64,000 bases of DNA from Candidatus Shapirobacteria bacterium (GCA_041660365.1 JBAZWK010000001.1:1524-65523), one strand, 5' to 3'; positions 17,315 to 27,875 are shown, counted from the first letter of the stretch. Numbers and translations are program-made. Notes: generated from the sequence alone by a model not told the origin.

Positions 17315-18313
17315 TTAGGCTGAGTAAATAATACCCAAAGAAAACATTAGGGCCATGACTGAAGAGCCGCCGACGGACATAAAGGGCAGTGGAATGCCAG
17401 TGACAGGTAAAAGGCCGAGATTCATACCAATATTGATAAAGGTTTGAGCCCAAATTTCGAAAGCAATGCCTAAGGTAAATAAAAATAAAGGTAAATTGTT
17501 AGTGGTTTGGTAGGCTTTTTTGAGTAAAGTTCTAATAATGGTGATATAGGCACCAATAATTAATAAAACGGAAAAAAGGCCTAATTCTTCAGTGGTGGCG
17601 GCAAAAATAAAATCGGTGTGTTTTTCGGGTAAATAAAGTAATTGAGCTTGAGTTCCCTGGCGGTAGCCTTTGCCAAAAAAACCACCAGAACCGATGGCAA
17701 TTTGGGATTGAATTAAATTATAACCCTGACCCAGAGGATCAGTGCTTGGTTCCAGAAAGTGAGTAATTCGCTGTTGTTGATAATCTTTGAGAACAAATTT
17801 GTATGCTAAGGGCGAGAGAATCAGAAGAATAACACCAATAACAAGGCTTAATTTAAATAGTTTTTTATTGTATAAAATTATAGGGATGATCATAACTAAA
17901 ACAGTAATGGCACTACCTAAATCTGGCTGTAGCATAATTATTCCCACCGGGATTAAGTAAAATAAAGGCTGCGAGGTGGTGGCTAAAAATAACATTAGGG
18001 CGGGTTTGACAATTTCACTGGGTTGGATTGAAGAACCGCCAAGATACAGCCAGCGACGAGAACCACGGGTGAAATTTCCTAGAATTACCGGTAAAAGTAA
18101 AAATAGACAGGAAATTATAAAAATGATCCATCTTTGGGAATAGGTTTGTTTGGGATTAATTTGAGTCCCAATAGTAAAGAGGACAATGCCAATAAGCCAA
18201 GCCAAAATTTGTTTAAATAAAAGTTGTGGGGCCAGAGAGGAAACCATTACCAAATTAAGACTGCAGAGAACAATTAGACCGATGATTAAAGGCAGTGAAA
18301 GATTTTTTCTCAT
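17315..18313 (-). CDS. rodA: SEDS-family peptidoglycan glycosyltransferase (RodA/FtsW family). Likely RodA, since a second SEDS gene sits beside murG
   Basis: Polytopic, with 'GIPLPFMSVGGSSVMALMFSLGII' as the C-terminal SEDS signature. Confidence 0.7.
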   Translation of the reverse strand: MRKNLSLPLIIGLIVLCSLNLVMVSSLAPQLLFKQILAWLIGIVLFTIGTQINPKQTYSQRWIIFIISCLFLLLPVILGNFTRGSRRWLYLGGSSIQPSEIVKPALMLFLATTSQPLFYLIPVGIIMLQPDLGSAITVLVMIIPIILYNKKLFKLSLVIGVILLILSPLAYKFVLKDYQQQRITHFLEPSTDPLGQGYNLIQSQIAIGSGGFFGKGYRQGTQAQLLYLPEKHTDFIFAATTEELGLFSVLLIIGAYITIIRTLLKKAYQTTNNLPLFLFTLGIAFEIWAQTFINIGMNLGLLPVTGIPLPFMSVGGSSVMALMFSLGIIYSA

Positions 18314-21078
18314 GAAGTTTTACCAAGACTGAGAGTGTCCCCGACTTGGATGGAATCAGCCAAGGTTTTTTCCAGAATTTGGGATTCAAAGTTTTTGGGC
18401 CAGGTGGGGGCAATAATTTTTATACGGTCCTGAACTTGTAAACCTTGATTTTTTCTTAAAACTTGGATGTTTCTGACAAGATCACGATATTCACCTTCGG
18501 CGGCAAGTTCAGGGGTAATTTTAGTCTCTAAAATTGCTTTAATGTCGGTAGATACTTTAGTTATATTGACACTTTTAACATTAACTTCATCAGCGATTAT
18601 TGCCAATAGTTCGGGACTTAATTTACTTGGACAGTGGAGATCTAAATTAGATAAAGGTTGACGGATTTTAATGTTGGCCAATTGTCTTTGAGCGTGAGCT
18701 AATTGGCAAAGAGTGCGAACTAATTCCATATCTTTTTCCAAATTTTGGTCAATAAAGTTTTTATCAAATTCTGGCCAGGTTTGAAGGTGAACCGAAGAAT
18801 TTTGATGTAAATTTTGATAAAGAGTTTCACTTAAAAATGGGGTAAATGGGGCCATTAAGCGAGAAAGATTATCAAAGACAAAAAATAAAAATTCAAAATT
18901 GTCACTACGGTCACGGGATCGGCGGATATACCAAGTAGATAGGTCAGTTACAAAATTTTGGATACTTTCGGTAACTTTGGAAGTGTTGAATTTTTCAAGA
19001 TTTTTAGTAGAAATTTCAATGGTATGGTAAAGGCGTGATAATAACCATTTATCCATAGGATGGGACAAATTTTCTGGTTTAAACTTTGAGGGCTGCCAAT
19101 TTTCCAAATTAGCGTGCTGGGTGAAAAAGCGATAGGAATTCCAGAGGATCAGCAAAAAATCGCGTTTGACTTGATCGGCGATACTATAGCCAAAATTGAC
19201 ATTAGTGTGGGCTTTTTGTTGACAGTAAAGCCAACGCATTGGGTCGGCACCAATTTTTTCAATAGCATCTTCGTAAGGAATACCATTTTTTTTAGTTTTG
19301 CTAATTCTTTCGCCTTTTTCGTTACGAACTTCGCCATAAGTGACAACTTGTTTGTAAGGAGTGACATTTTCTAAAGTGACACTCATAAAAAGCATGGAAT
19401 AAAACCAGAGACGGATTTGTTCGGTGTTTTCTAAAACCATATCAGCCGGAAACCATTTTTGCCAATATTGTTTGTCTTCAAGATATTTGAGGGTAGAAAA
19501 GGGGACAACACCGGCGTCAAGCCAGACATCACCGACGTCAGGAACACGTTTAACATTTTTACCGCAATTAGGGCATTTTATTTCAATAGTATCAATCCAG
19601 GGACGGTGAATGGATTTTAGTTCATCAACTTTTTTGGGATCGACAGCTAAAGATTTTAGTTCTTTTAAGTCTCCGACGACAGTTAATTGGCCACAGGAAC
19701 ATTCATAAAAAGGCAGAGCTAATCCGTAGAAACGCTTGCGACTGATCATCCAATCTTCCATAGAATCAAGCCAATTTTGCATTCGGCGCCCAGTATACTT
19801 GGGATGCCATTCAACTTTTTTGGCGGCTTCTTTTAGAAGCGGACGGATTTCATCACTATTCATACACCAATTATTTTCTAAGCGGAAGAGACATTTGGTT
19901 TTGCAACGCCAACAATGAGGGTAACGGTGAGTGATAGGTTCGGTTTTAAAAAGTGAACCAATTGATTTTAAATATTCAAAAACTTGATCATTGACGTTAT
20001 GGGCGTATTTGCCAGTTAAATCACCATAACCTTCACCAAAGTGACCGTTTTCAATCAAAGGTGAGAGCATATCGGCATTTAATTTTTTACCTAATTCAAA
20101 GTCTTCCTGACCACAGCCGGGAGCAATGTGAACGACACCAGTGCCCTCGGAAGGATTAACCTGATTCCACTCAGTAATATAGTGTTTAATCCCCTGTTGA
20201 GCGGGAATATCAAATAAAGTTTCATATTTCAAATTGAGTAAAGTTTTGGCATCAATTGATTCATAATCAGTTAATCCCAATCTATCGGCAGAATCTTTGG
20301 CTAAATATAAGATTTGGTTTTCATATTTGGCTTTAACATATTCAAAATCAGTATTGATGGCCAATAAAACGTTGGCGGAGAGGGTCCAAGGGGTGGTGGT
20401 CCAGGCTAAAACATATTCGTTATCGCGGTCACTCAATTTAAATTTTAAAAAGACGGAAGTATCAGTGTCCATTTGATAACCGTCGGTTTGTTCGTGTTGA
20501 GAGAGACCGGTTTCACAGCGGGGACACCAGGTGGTGGCACTTTTCTTTTTGACGAGCCAGCCTTTTTCTTGGACGCTTTTCAAAAAATGCCAAATGTAAA
20601 GATTATTAGTTTGAGAATTGGTGTAATAAGAATTTTCCCAATCCATAAACATGCCCAAGCGAATTGATTGTTCAGTTTGAATTTTAGAAAATTTATCGAC
20701 ACGGGCGACGCAGGCATTGGTAAAGTTTTCTAAACCAAAATTTTGAATGTCTTTTTTGGAATTAAAACCATTTTCTTTTTCGACTTCCACTTCGACCCAG
20801 AGACCCTGGCAATCAAAACCATTTTGAAACCTTTCGGCAAAGCCTTGGGCATTTTTGAAACGCTGAAAGACGTCTTTGAGAGCACGGCCGCGAGCATGGT
20901 GGACGCCCATGGGGGCATTGGCAGTAATGGGACCATCAATAAAAGAAAAAGTTTCTTTAGAAGAATCGTTTTTATGAAGGTATTGATTAACAATATCGTT
21001 TTTCTGCCACCAGGTTAGAATCTGTTTTTCCTGTTGAGGAAAATCAGGAGTATTGGGAAGGTCTTTGAAATATGCCAT
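18310..21078 (-). CDS. ileS: Isoleucyl-tRNA synthetase (type 2 / archaeal-eukaryal-like)
   Basis: 'FIDGPITANAPMGVHHARG' is a HIGH-region variant. 'AWTTTPWTLSAN' is the IleRS editing-domain motif. 'ISKTKKNG' is KMSKS-like. Cys clusters CPRC and CWRC are present. Confidence 0.75.
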   Translation of the reverse strand: MAYFKDLPNTPDFPQQEKQILTWWQKNDIVNQYLHKNDSSKETFSFIDGPITANAPMGVHHARGRALKDVFQRFKNAQGFAERFQNGFDCQGLWVEVEVEKENGFNSKKDIQNFGLENFTNACVARVDKFSKIQTEQSIRLGMFMDWENSYYTNSQTNNLYIWHFLKSVQEKGWLVKKKSATTWCPRCETGLSQHEQTDGYQMDTDTSVFLKFKLSDRDNEYVLAWTTTPWTLSANVLLAINTDFEYVKAKYENQILYLAKDSADRLGLTDYESIDAKTLLNLKYETLFDIPAQQGIKHYITEWNQVNPSEGTGVVHIAPGCGQEDFELGKKLNADMLSPLIENGHFGEGYGDLTGKYAHNVNDQVFEYLKSIGSLFKTEPITHRYPHCWRCKTKCLFRLENNWCMNSDEIRPLLKEAAKKVEWHPKYTGRRMQNWLDSMEDWMISRKRFYGLALPFYECSCGQLTVVGDLKELKSLAVDPKKVDELKSIHRPWIDTIEIKCPNCGKNVKRVPDVGDVWLDAGVVPFSTLKYLEDKQYWQKWFPADMVLENTEQIRLWFYSMLFMSVTLENVTPYKQVVTYGEVRNEKGERISKTKKNGIPYEDAIEKIGADPMRWLYCQQKAHTNVNFGYSIADQVKRDFLLILWNSYRFFTQHANLENWQPSKFKPENLSHPMDKWLLSRLYHTIEISTKNLEKFNTSKVTESIQNFVTDLSTWYIRRSRDRSDNFEFLFFVFDNLSRLMAPFTPFLSETLYQNLHQNSSVHLQTWPEFDKNFIDQNLEKDMELVRTLCQLAHAQRQLANIKIRQPLSNLDLHCPSKLSPELLAIIADEVNVKSVNITKVSTDIKAILETKITPELAAEGEYRDLVRNIQVLRKNQGLQVQDRIKIIAPTWPKNFESQILEKTLADSIQVGDTLSLGKTS

Positions 21079-21097
21079 AGTCTATTTTAATATAAAA

Positions 21098-21143
21098 AAT
21101 CCCGCAGGTGCGGGATTGATAAGGCTCCGAAAAAAATCGGAGC
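21098..21143 (-). terminator. Two adjacent stem-loops downstream of ftsZ. Hairpin 21098-21117 is followed on the minus strand by UUUUUAUAUU, which fits a Rho-independent terminator
   Basis: aatcccgca-ggt-gcgggatt and gctccga-aaaaaa-tcggagc are GC-rich palindromes in an AT-rich spacer between the ftsZ 3' end and the ileS start. Confidence 0.45.
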
Positions 21144-21194
21144 TATTTAATAATTATTTGGTTAAAAGATAACACTGGGGATATTATACAACGA

Positions 21195-22364
21195 TTAATT
21201 ATTTTTTCTCAAAAAGGCGGGGATGTCGAACTCGTTTTCAATATCAAGGCCGGGGGGAATTTGCTGATCGTTTAAAAGACTTTGAAGTTGAGGATCTAAA
21301 GAACTGGTTTTTTCGGAGTTAGTGTCTAAATTTTGAGAATCAGCATCTAAGAGATTTTTCTGGAGAGAAAGGGGTTTTTTATAGGAAGAATAAGTCGAAC
21401 TTTTGTTGGGATCGAAGCCGGTGGCAATGACGGTAATTTTAATTTTGTCCTTAAGATCGGGGTCAATTGAGGCACCAAAAATAACGTTAGCGTCGGGAGC
21501 GACGTGGGCGGTAATGGTCTTAGCTGATTCTTCGATCTCGGACATAGTCAGATCGGGTCCACCAGTAATATTGATTAAGACTCCCCTAGCCCCATCAATA
21601 TTAACTTCAACTAAGGGTGAATCGATAGCAGCTTCGACAGCTTTGGCAGCTTTATCTGGTCCTTCGGCTTCACCAACACCCATCAGGGCGGAACCGGCAT
21701 TATTCATAATAGATTTAATATCAGCAAAATCGAGATTAATTAAACCAGGAGTGGTGATTAAGTCGGCAATGGCTTTAGTGCCTTTAGTTAAGACAGAATC
21801 GGCAACTTTAAAAGCGTCGAGTAAAGTGGATTGAGAATTAACTACTTCCATAACCCTTTGATTGGGAATAATAATTAGGGTGTCGACGTGTTGACGAAGA
21901 CGGGAGAGACCTTCATCGGCCCGACTCATGCGACGAGTGCCTTCAAATAAAAATGGTTTAGTAACGACACCAATAGTTAAAATCCCTAATTCTTTTTTGG
22001 CAATTTCAGCAATAATTGGAGCAGCTCCGGTACAGGTGCCGCCACCCATACCGCCGGTAATAAAAAGCATATCGGTGCCTTCAAGAACTTCCTTAATGCG
22101 TTCTCGGGATTCTTCAGCAGCTTGTTGACCAATATTTGGGTCACCGCCGGCACCAAGACCTTTAGTAATTTTTTCGCCAATTTGGATTTTGATAGGGGCC
22201 AAAGAATTTAAAAGTGCCTGGGAATCGGTGTTAACGGCAATAAAATCAACACCTTTAATCTCTTCTTGAGAAATCATGGAGTTGACGGCGTTGTTACCAC
22301 CACCACCAACACCGATGACTTTTATTTTAGCAAATTGTCCAGTTAATGTTTTAATTAATCCCAT
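21195..22364 (-). CDS. ftsZ: Cell division protein FtsZ
   Basis: 'IKVIGVGGGGNNAVNSM' and 'GGGTGTGAAP' form the tubulin-like GTPase signature. Confidence 0.9.
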   Translation of the reverse strand: MGLIKTLTGQFAKIKVIGVGGGGNNAVNSMISQEEIKGVDFIAVNTDSQALLNSLAPIKIQIGEKITKGLGAGGDPNIGQQAAEESRERIKEVLEGTDMLFITGGMGGGTCTGAAPIIAEIAKKELGILTIGVVTKPFLFEGTRRMSRADEGLSRLRQHVDTLIIIPNQRVMEVVNSQSTLLDAFKVADSVLTKGTKAIADLITTPGLINLDFADIKSIMNNAGSALMGVGEAEGPDKAAKAVEAAIDSPLVEVNIDGARGVLINITGGPDLTMSEIEESAKTITAHVAPDANVIFGASIDPDLKDKIKITVIATGFDPNKSSTYSSYKKPLSLQKNLLDADSQNLDTNSEKTSSLDPQLQSLLNDQQIPPGLDIENEFDIPAFLRKNN

Positions 22365-22367
22365 AAA

Positions 22368-23621
22368 TTAGGGTAAAAGAGGTTCAATAAAATTTTTAAG
22401 CCGGCCGAACAAACCCTCAAAAGAGACCTTAATTTTTTTGTTAGGGGAATTATTTTTAGAATTAGTTTTGGAATTTTGAAAATAAAGTAAGGTGCCAATG
22501 GCGCTGCTAAAGGCAGGGTTGGTAATGTCATCAACAAGTCCGCCAAGACGCGGGATATCGGCAATTCTGACAGGTAAAGATATTACTTCGTTACAAATTT
22601 CTTTGGCCAGAATGCTTTGAGCTCCGCCACCAGTAAGGACGATGCCGGCGGGAATAGTATTTTGAAAATCATAATCTTTGATTTGTTGAGCGATAAAACG
22701 GAAAATTTCTTCAAGTCGGGCCTTGATTATGCCGTTAACAGTGGTGGAAAAAGAAATTTTTTTCTTATCTTCACTGACAATGCCGAGGTGACTGAGATCA
22801 ATTTCATCTTCAAAACCTTTTTTATCAGCATAAGACTTTAATTTAATTTTAATTTTTTCCGAATCTTCCAGAGATAAACGGAGACCTATGGCCAAGTCAT
22901 TGGTAATATTATTGGCACCAAGGGGAATAACCCCGGAAAAAACCGGGGAAGACTCTTGAAAAATAGTAATAGTAGTATTACTGCCGCCGATGTCGACTAG
23001 AGCCACACCCAATTCTCTTTCGGTATCGTTAAGACAGGCTTTGGCAGCAGCTAGACCGGAATAAATTAGAGAATCAACTTTAATGCCAATATCCTCTAAA
23101 CATTTGTAAAGATTTTTTAAAGCGGGAGTAGAAGCAATGATTAAGTGTGTCTCGACTTCTAATCGGACACCATTCATACCAATGGGGTCAATAACTCCTT
23201 CTTGGCCATCGACAGTGAAGAGACGAGGAATAATGTGGATAATTTCTTTGTTCGCGGGAAGGGAAATAGCTTTGGCAGCTTCAATAGCTCGATCAATATC
23301 AGTACTGGAAATTTCGCCATTTTGTCCGGAAACAGCGGTAACACCCTTGGTGTTGAGACATTCAAAGTGAGGAGCAGTTAGAGAGATGTAGGCGTGGTTA
23401 ATTTGAAACCCGGCCATTCTTTCGGCAGATTCAATACATTCAGTGATAGTTTTAGAAGCTTGGTCAAGGTTAATTATTTGGCCTTTTTTAAAACCGGCAG
23501 CAGGTAGTGAGGCGACGCCAACAATGTTAATTTTATTATCGTTTTCAGAAATTTGACCAATCAAAACGGTAAGTTTAGAAGTACCAATATCAAGACAATT
23601 AATAGTTTTAAAATGCTGCAT
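22368..23621 (-). CDS. ftsA: Cell division protein FtsA
   Basis: Actin-like ATPase. 'CLDIGTSK', 'VDIGGSNTTI' and 'IVLTGGGAQ' are present. Immediately upstream of ftsZ. Confidence 0.85.
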   Translation of the reverse strand: MQHFKTINCLDIGTSKLTVLIGQISENDNKINIVGVASLPAAGFKKGQIINLDQASKTITECIESAERMAGFQINHAYISLTAPHFECLNTKGVTAVSGQNGEISSTDIDRAIEAAKAISLPANKEIIHIIPRLFTVDGQEGVIDPIGMNGVRLEVETHLIIASTPALKNLYKCLEDIGIKVDSLIYSGLAAAKACLNDTERELGVALVDIGGSNTTITIFQESSPVFSGVIPLGANNITNDLAIGLRLSLEDSEKIKIKLKSYADKKGFEDEIDLSHLGIVSEDKKKISFSTTVNGIIKARLEEIFRFIAQQIKDYDFQNTIPAGIVLTGGGAQSILAKEICNEVISLPVRIADIPRLGGLVDDITNPAFSSAIGTLLYFQNSKTNSKNNSPNKKIKVSFEGLFGRLKNFIEPLLP

Positions 23622-23630
23622 AAGTTAATT

Positions 23631-24710
23631 TTAGAGCTTTTTAAGGAGATTTAATAGCTTAAGGTTTGAATTTAAGGGAAGTGTTTTATTTTTAGTCTTA
23701 ATTTTGATTAATTTATTGATGTTATTTAACAAATTTTCTGCCGAAACTTCGGTATCTTTAATAATAATGGTACTTTTGGGAGACCTTGTTTTCAAATAAA
23801 GGGCATTTTTAAGTTGTTCATTTTGTTGACTGACTGGGAGTGGAATTAAAAGACATTTTTTGTGTAGAGCCATTAATTCCTGGGTAGTGTTGGCTCCGGA
23901 ACGAGAAATAATAATTTGACTATAATGAAAAAGCCAGCCAATATCAGGAGATTCGATATATGGATATGGATAATAATGTTTAAATTTGTTGGCAAATTTT
24001 TTAAATTGGAAATAATCTTCTTCGCCACACTGATGAATAATAGTATATTTTTGACTTAAAATAGGCAAAATTTCTTTTAGAATTAAGTTAAGATGGTGGG
24101 AACCCTGATTGCCGGCGGTGAGAAAAATTAAAGGATATTTTTTAATTTCCGGGATTAATTTTTTAAATAATTTAGAATTAGTAGAAAAAATTTCCCGGCG
24201 GAGTAAATTGCCGGTAAGGACATATTTTGAAGAATCATTGGCTATAGGAAAAGATAGGGCCACTTTTTGACAAAAAAGAGCATTAATTTTGGTGGATAAA
24301 CTCAAAGTAGAGGTTTGTTCGTGAGTGAGACAAGGAATTTTTTGAAGCCAAGCGGCAAAAACAACTGGGACTGAAAGATAACCACCAAAAGAGAGGACAT
24401 ATTTTGGTTTAATTTCTTGAATTGTTTTGTAAGCTTGCCAAAAACCACGAAAAATATGGGGAATGCCCTGAAGAGTGTTTGGTAACCAACGACGATCAAG
24501 CTTACCAGAATCAAGGCCATAAAATTTCACCCCTATTTTAGGAATAATTTTTGATTCTATTGATTTATCTTGGCTGACACTGGAATTGTAGTTGCGGCCG
24601 AAATAAAAGATTTTCCAGTCAAATTCCCGGTCTTGCTGTAATTGATGAATAAATTCAAGGGCGGGAGTGAGATGGGTGCCGGTGAGAATTATTTTTTGAC
24701 TCTTGATCAT
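23631..24710 (-). CDS. murG: UDP-N-acetylglucosamine--N-acetylmuramyl-(pentapeptide)-PP-undecaprenol GlcNAc transferase
   Basis: GT28 family. 'ISRSGANTTQELMALHKKCLLIPLP' is the C-terminal UDP-GlcNAc-binding motif. Sits in the dcw position. Confidence 0.8.
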   Translation of the reverse strand: MIKSQKIILTGTHLTPALEFIHQLQQDREFDWKIFYFGRNYNSSVSQDKSIESKIIPKIGVKFYGLDSGKLDRRWLPNTLQGIPHIFRGFWQAYKTIQEIKPKYVLSFGGYLSVPVVFAAWLQKIPCLTHEQTSTLSLSTKINALFCQKVALSFPIANDSSKYVLTGNLLRREIFSTNSKLFKKLIPEIKKYPLIFLTAGNQGSHHLNLILKEILPILSQKYTIIHQCGEEDYFQFKKFANKFKHYYPYPYIESPDIGWLFHYSQIIISRSGANTTQELMALHKKCLLIPLPVSQQNEQLKNALYLKTRSPKSTIIIKDTEVSAENLLNNINKLIKIKTKNKTLPLNSNLKLLNLLKKL

Positions 24711-25785
24711 GCTTTGAGTATAGCAATTGAGGATATTTTTTTTCTATGTTTATGGCTAAACCAATGGCGGTGAAGAGAGTAATTAAGGAGGAACCGCCAT
24801 AAGCAATAAATGGAAAAGGAATGCCGGTTAGAGGAATTAAGGCGACAATAGCGGCAAAATTAATTAGCCCTTGGTAGGCAATCCAACAGGCAATACCGCT
24901 GACCAGAAGTTTTTCAAAGGTGTCGGGGGTAGTCTGAGAGATTTTAATAAGTCGGGAAATTAAAAGCAAAAAAAGATAAGTTATTAAAGATAAACCAATA
25001 AAACCGGTTTCTTCGCCAATAACAGCCAAAATGGAATCGGTGCTAATTTTTGGCAAAAATTTATACTTTTGGTCGGAATTAGCAAAACCTTTACCATTTA
25101 ACCCTCCCGAAGCTAAGGATAAAATTAATTGTTCACTATGATAATTGAGATCGGTATTAGTTTGTTGATTTAAAAGGGTTTTGACTCGAGCCAGACGGTA
25201 AGGAGAAACTAAAATTAAAACTAAACTAAAGATGGTAATGACAAAGGCGGCAGAAAAGAGACTGGTAATTTCAGCGCCAGACAAGTAATAAATAGTGATG
25301 ACAATGGCGGCAATCATAACGGTAGTGCTTAGGTTTGGCTCAGCAATAACTAAAATTAGAGGTAAAAACAAGTAAATAGCTAAATTTTTAAGATTTCGTT
25401 TTTCTGGAAGGGAAAAGAGATATGAGAAAAAAATCACTGCGGCTAGTTTGAAGAGTTCTGAGGGTTGAAAATTAAAAAAACCGAAATCAATCTGACGTCT
25501 GGCGCCTAAAACTTTGACACCAATCCCGGGAATTAAAACTAAAATCAAGGTGATTAAAGATAAGGCGTAAAAGCGAAAGGAGTTATTCATGAAAAAGCTT
25601 ATTTTCAAACGGGAAGTGATTAAAAGACAAATTAAACCAAGGACAATCCAAATTAATTGTTTTTTGAGAAAAAAATAAGGATCACCAATGGTTTTTTCAG
25701 CTTCAAAAAGAGAAGCGGAAGAGATAAAAAGAAGACCAATTATTGAGAGAATAATAGTGTATAAAAAAGTTTGAGAAAACTTCAT
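24655..25785 (-). CDS. ftsW: SEDS-family cell division protein FtsW
   Basis: Polytopic. 'GIPFPFIAYGGSSLITLF' is present. Adjacent to murG. Confidence 0.8.
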   Translation of the reverse strand: MKFSQTFLYTIILSIIGLLFISSASLFEAEKTIGDPYFFLKKQLIWIVLGLICLLITSRLKISFFMNNSFRFYALSLITLILVLIPGIGVKVLGARRQIDFGFFNFQPSELFKLAAVIFFSYLFSLPEKRNLKNLAIYLFLPLILVIAEPNLSTTVMIAAIVITIYYLSGAEITSLFSAAFVITIFSLVLILVSPYRLARVKTLLNQQTNTDLNYHSEQLILSLASGGLNGKGFANSDQKYKFLPKISTDSILAVIGEETGFIGLSLITYLFLLLISRLIKISQTTPDTFEKLLVSGIACWIAYQGLINFAAIVALIPLTGIPFPFIAYGGSSLITLFTAIGLAINIEKKYPQLLYSKHDQESKNNSHRHPSHSRP

Positions 25786-26882
25786 GATTTAATTTCGGCC
25801 AACATTTGGGGGTTAATAATGACGGGATTATTAGTTTTTGAAAAAATTTCAAATTTATTAATTTTTTTAATAGTGGTGCCAAGTTGGTTTCGAAGAGTAA
25901 TTTCGGAGCCGATTAAATTTTGGTTATAAAATCTGGCCTGTTCTTGGAATAAATTTACTTGATAGTTTAGGTTAGAAAATTCAGCCAGATGAAAATAAAA
26001 AAGTGGGGTTAAATTATTTTTTAATTCAATTTGAGTGTAAAAAGCAAAAGAAGCGGTTAGACGGGGGTTGCATTCCAAAAGATAAACTTGATCATTTTGA
26101 ACCATAAAATCAAGGCCAAAAAAACCACGATAATTTAAAGGATTTAAAATTTTTTCGGAAAAATCGGTAGTAATTTTTTTAATTTTTTCTTGAATTTCTA
26201 TTGGAGCTAGAGAAGGCCATTGACGGCCGACAGTGGCAAAAGAATTAGTGGTTAATTCGGAAAGACCGGTGTATTGGAGAGCCGGCGGACTTTGAAGAAG
26301 ACCGAATTTAGTGAGACAGCAATTATTTAAGAGAGAATAGGAGTTGGTAAGTAGAGGTGAAAATTTAGCGAGAGTATTGACGGGAATTAAATTTTTAGCA
26401 GTATCATAATTATCAAACTGATGGGTACTATTGCCGGCCCAACCAAAATGAGTTTGAATAACAATGTCCTTCCCAAATTTTTGTTGAGCTTCCTGAAAGG
26501 AATTTTGAGTAAAAGGGGCGATAAAAGCGGGAACTACAGGTAAATTATTTTGGGTACACAACTCAAAAAATTTAATTTTATCTTCTAAGAGACGATTAGT
26601 TTTAGCCGGATTAGCAGCCAAAAGCCATTGGTTTTTTTGACATAAAAGATCAATTTTGGCCGAAGGCTTAAAGGGGATAATAACTGTTTTATTTGATAAT
26701 TTAATTTGATCTTGAATATTTTTTTGAGACAAAAGAAAGCCACTATTTTTTATTTTTAAATAATTTTGAAATAACGAATGAAAATTGGGTAGTTGGGGTA
26801 AAGAAATATCTAAAAATTTATCGACGACTAAAAAATAGAAATCAAGTTCGGAATTTTTTAAAAGATCTTCTAAATAGTTCAT
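25782..26882 (-). CDS. ATP-grasp domain ligase of unknown specificity, in the dcw slot where ddl is normally found
   Basis: 'LEDKIKFFELCTQNNLPVVP' and 'RGFFGLDFMVQNDQVYLLECNPRLTASF' are the ATP-grasp C-domain motifs. No Ddl-type N-terminal domain is evident. Confidence 0.6.
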   Translation of the reverse strand: MNYLEDLLKNSELDFYFLVVDKFLDISLPQLPNFHSLFQNYLKIKNSGFLLSQKNIQDQIKLSNKTVIIPFKPSAKIDLLCQKNQWLLAANPAKTNRLLEDKIKFFELCTQNNLPVVPAFIAPFTQNSFQEAQQKFGKDIVIQTHFGWAGNSTHQFDNYDTAKNLIPVNTLAKFSPLLTNSYSLLNNCCLTKFGLLQSPPALQYTGLSELTTNSFATVGRQWPSLAPIEIQEKIKKITTDFSEKILNPLNYRGFFGLDFMVQNDQVYLLECNPRLTASFAFYTQIELKNNLTPLFYFHLAEFSNLNYQVNLFQEQARFYNQNLIGSEITLRNQLGTTIKKINKFEIFSKTNNPVIINPQMLAEIKS

Positions 26883-27676
26883 CGTTTAGTGCCAGTCAAA
26901 AGAATAACGGGATAATCCCCTACTTCAGGGTTATTTTTCATTTGTTGAAAAGCAGCAATGGTTAAAGCAGATTCGGCGGAAAGAGAAAATTGATTAGTAA
27001 AATCAAGACAATCAATGGTCTCTTGGTTGGAAATGATTAGACCAGAGCCTTGGTGTTTTTTGATAGCTCTAATAACTTCATTTTTTAAAGGCAAATATTT
27101 AACACTGAGGGCATCGGTAATAGTTTCTGTTTCTAATGTATATTCTGAGGTAAAAGCACTACAGATAGTAGGATTGCTAGCCGGCTGGACGGCAAAAATT
27201 TTTATAGTTAGGGGTAATTTTTTGGCAATCCCCAAAAGGGTAGTGCCGCTGCCAACGGGAATAAAAAGACTGGTAATTTGAGGAAGTTGCTCTAATAATT
27301 CAGTAGCAACTTGGCTGTAGCCAATTTGAGCGCTAGGATCAGTTGATTGGCGTAAAAGATAAGCGTGATTGGCTTTAGAAAATTTAATAGCATCGCTAAT
27401 TGCTTGTAAAGACTGAATAACATGGCCTTTGATTAGGGGTAATTTGCTTTGACTAATTTTTGGAGAGACAAAAATGGTCAGAGGAATATTGGCTTGCTGG
27501 CAATAGTAGGAGGCGGAAATGGCGGCATTACCGGTAGAAGAAATAACGGCAGTAGAGAAATTATTTTTAATTAAATTTTGAATTTGGAAAGGCAGAGCCC
27601 GATCTTTGGTGGAGCCAGTAGGGTTAAGATCTTCGCGTTTAAAATAAAGGTTATCGATTTTAGTTAGAGGTGTCAT
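26879..27676 (-). CDS. Fold-type II PLP-dependent enzyme (threonine synthase / cysteine synthase / serine-racemase superfamily)
   Basis: 'FKREDLNPTGSTKDRA' carries the Schiff-base lysine box. 'AVISSTGNAA' is the glycine-rich loop. 265 aa. Overlaps the ATP-grasp gene by 4 nt. Confidence 0.65.
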   Translation of the reverse strand: MTPLTKIDNLYFKREDLNPTGSTKDRALPFQIQNLIKNNFSTAVISSTGNAAISASYYCQQANIPLTIFVSPKISQSKLPLIKGHVIQSLQAISDAIKFSKANHAYLLRQSTDPSAQIGYSQVATELLEQLPQITSLFIPVGSGTTLLGIAKKLPLTIKIFAVQPASNPTICSAFTSEYTLETETITDALSVKYLPLKNEVIRAIKKHQGSGLIISNQETIDCLDFTNQFSLSAESALTIAAFQQMKNNPEVGDYPVILLTGTKR

Positions 27677-27710
27677 ATAATAGTGATTAGTTATATTTTA
27701 GCTAAATTAT

Positions 27711-27875
27711 ATGCCAGATACTAATAATAAAGTTATTTGCCCTGATTGCCAAACAGAAATTAAAAGTGAAACGATGAGTGTGGGAGATATTTTAGAGTGT
27801 CCAGAATGCGGTACCGAGGTGGAAATATTATCAATTAATCCCTTGAAATACCGGGAATTGATTGAAGAAAAATAA
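27711..27875 (+). CDS. LysW-like small zinc-ribbon protein (amino-group carrier protein family?). Absent from the ORF track, which has a 60-aa cutoff
   Basis: The 54-aa product 'MPDTNNKVICPDCQTEIKSETMSVGDILECPECGTEVEILSINPLKYRELIEEK' has two CPxC knuckles. Its 'GxxLxCxxCGxExEIxxxNPL' stretch parallels LysW. The stop overlaps the def start (taATGg). Confidence 0.45.
   Translation: MPDTNNKVICPDCQTEIKSETMSVGDILECPECGTEVEILSINPLKYRELIEEK

Noticed and set aside
17244-17453. 69-aa ORF overlapping the 3' end of the SEDS gene
   Set aside because: Out-of-frame overlap with a well-supported gene and no motif.
25782-26882. Annotating the ATP-grasp gene as ddl
   Set aside because: It lacks the Ddl N-terminal domain and motifs. 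The ATP-grasp C-domain resembles CPSase or RimK-type ('ECNPRLT') more than Ddl ('EVNT.PG').
27711-27875. Calling the small Zn-ribbon protein a bona fide LysW of lysine or arginine biosynthesis
   Set aside because: No LysZ, LysY, LysJ or LysK homologues are nearby. The C-terminus ends EEK rather than the EDWGE tail. Only the carrier-like architecture is claimed.
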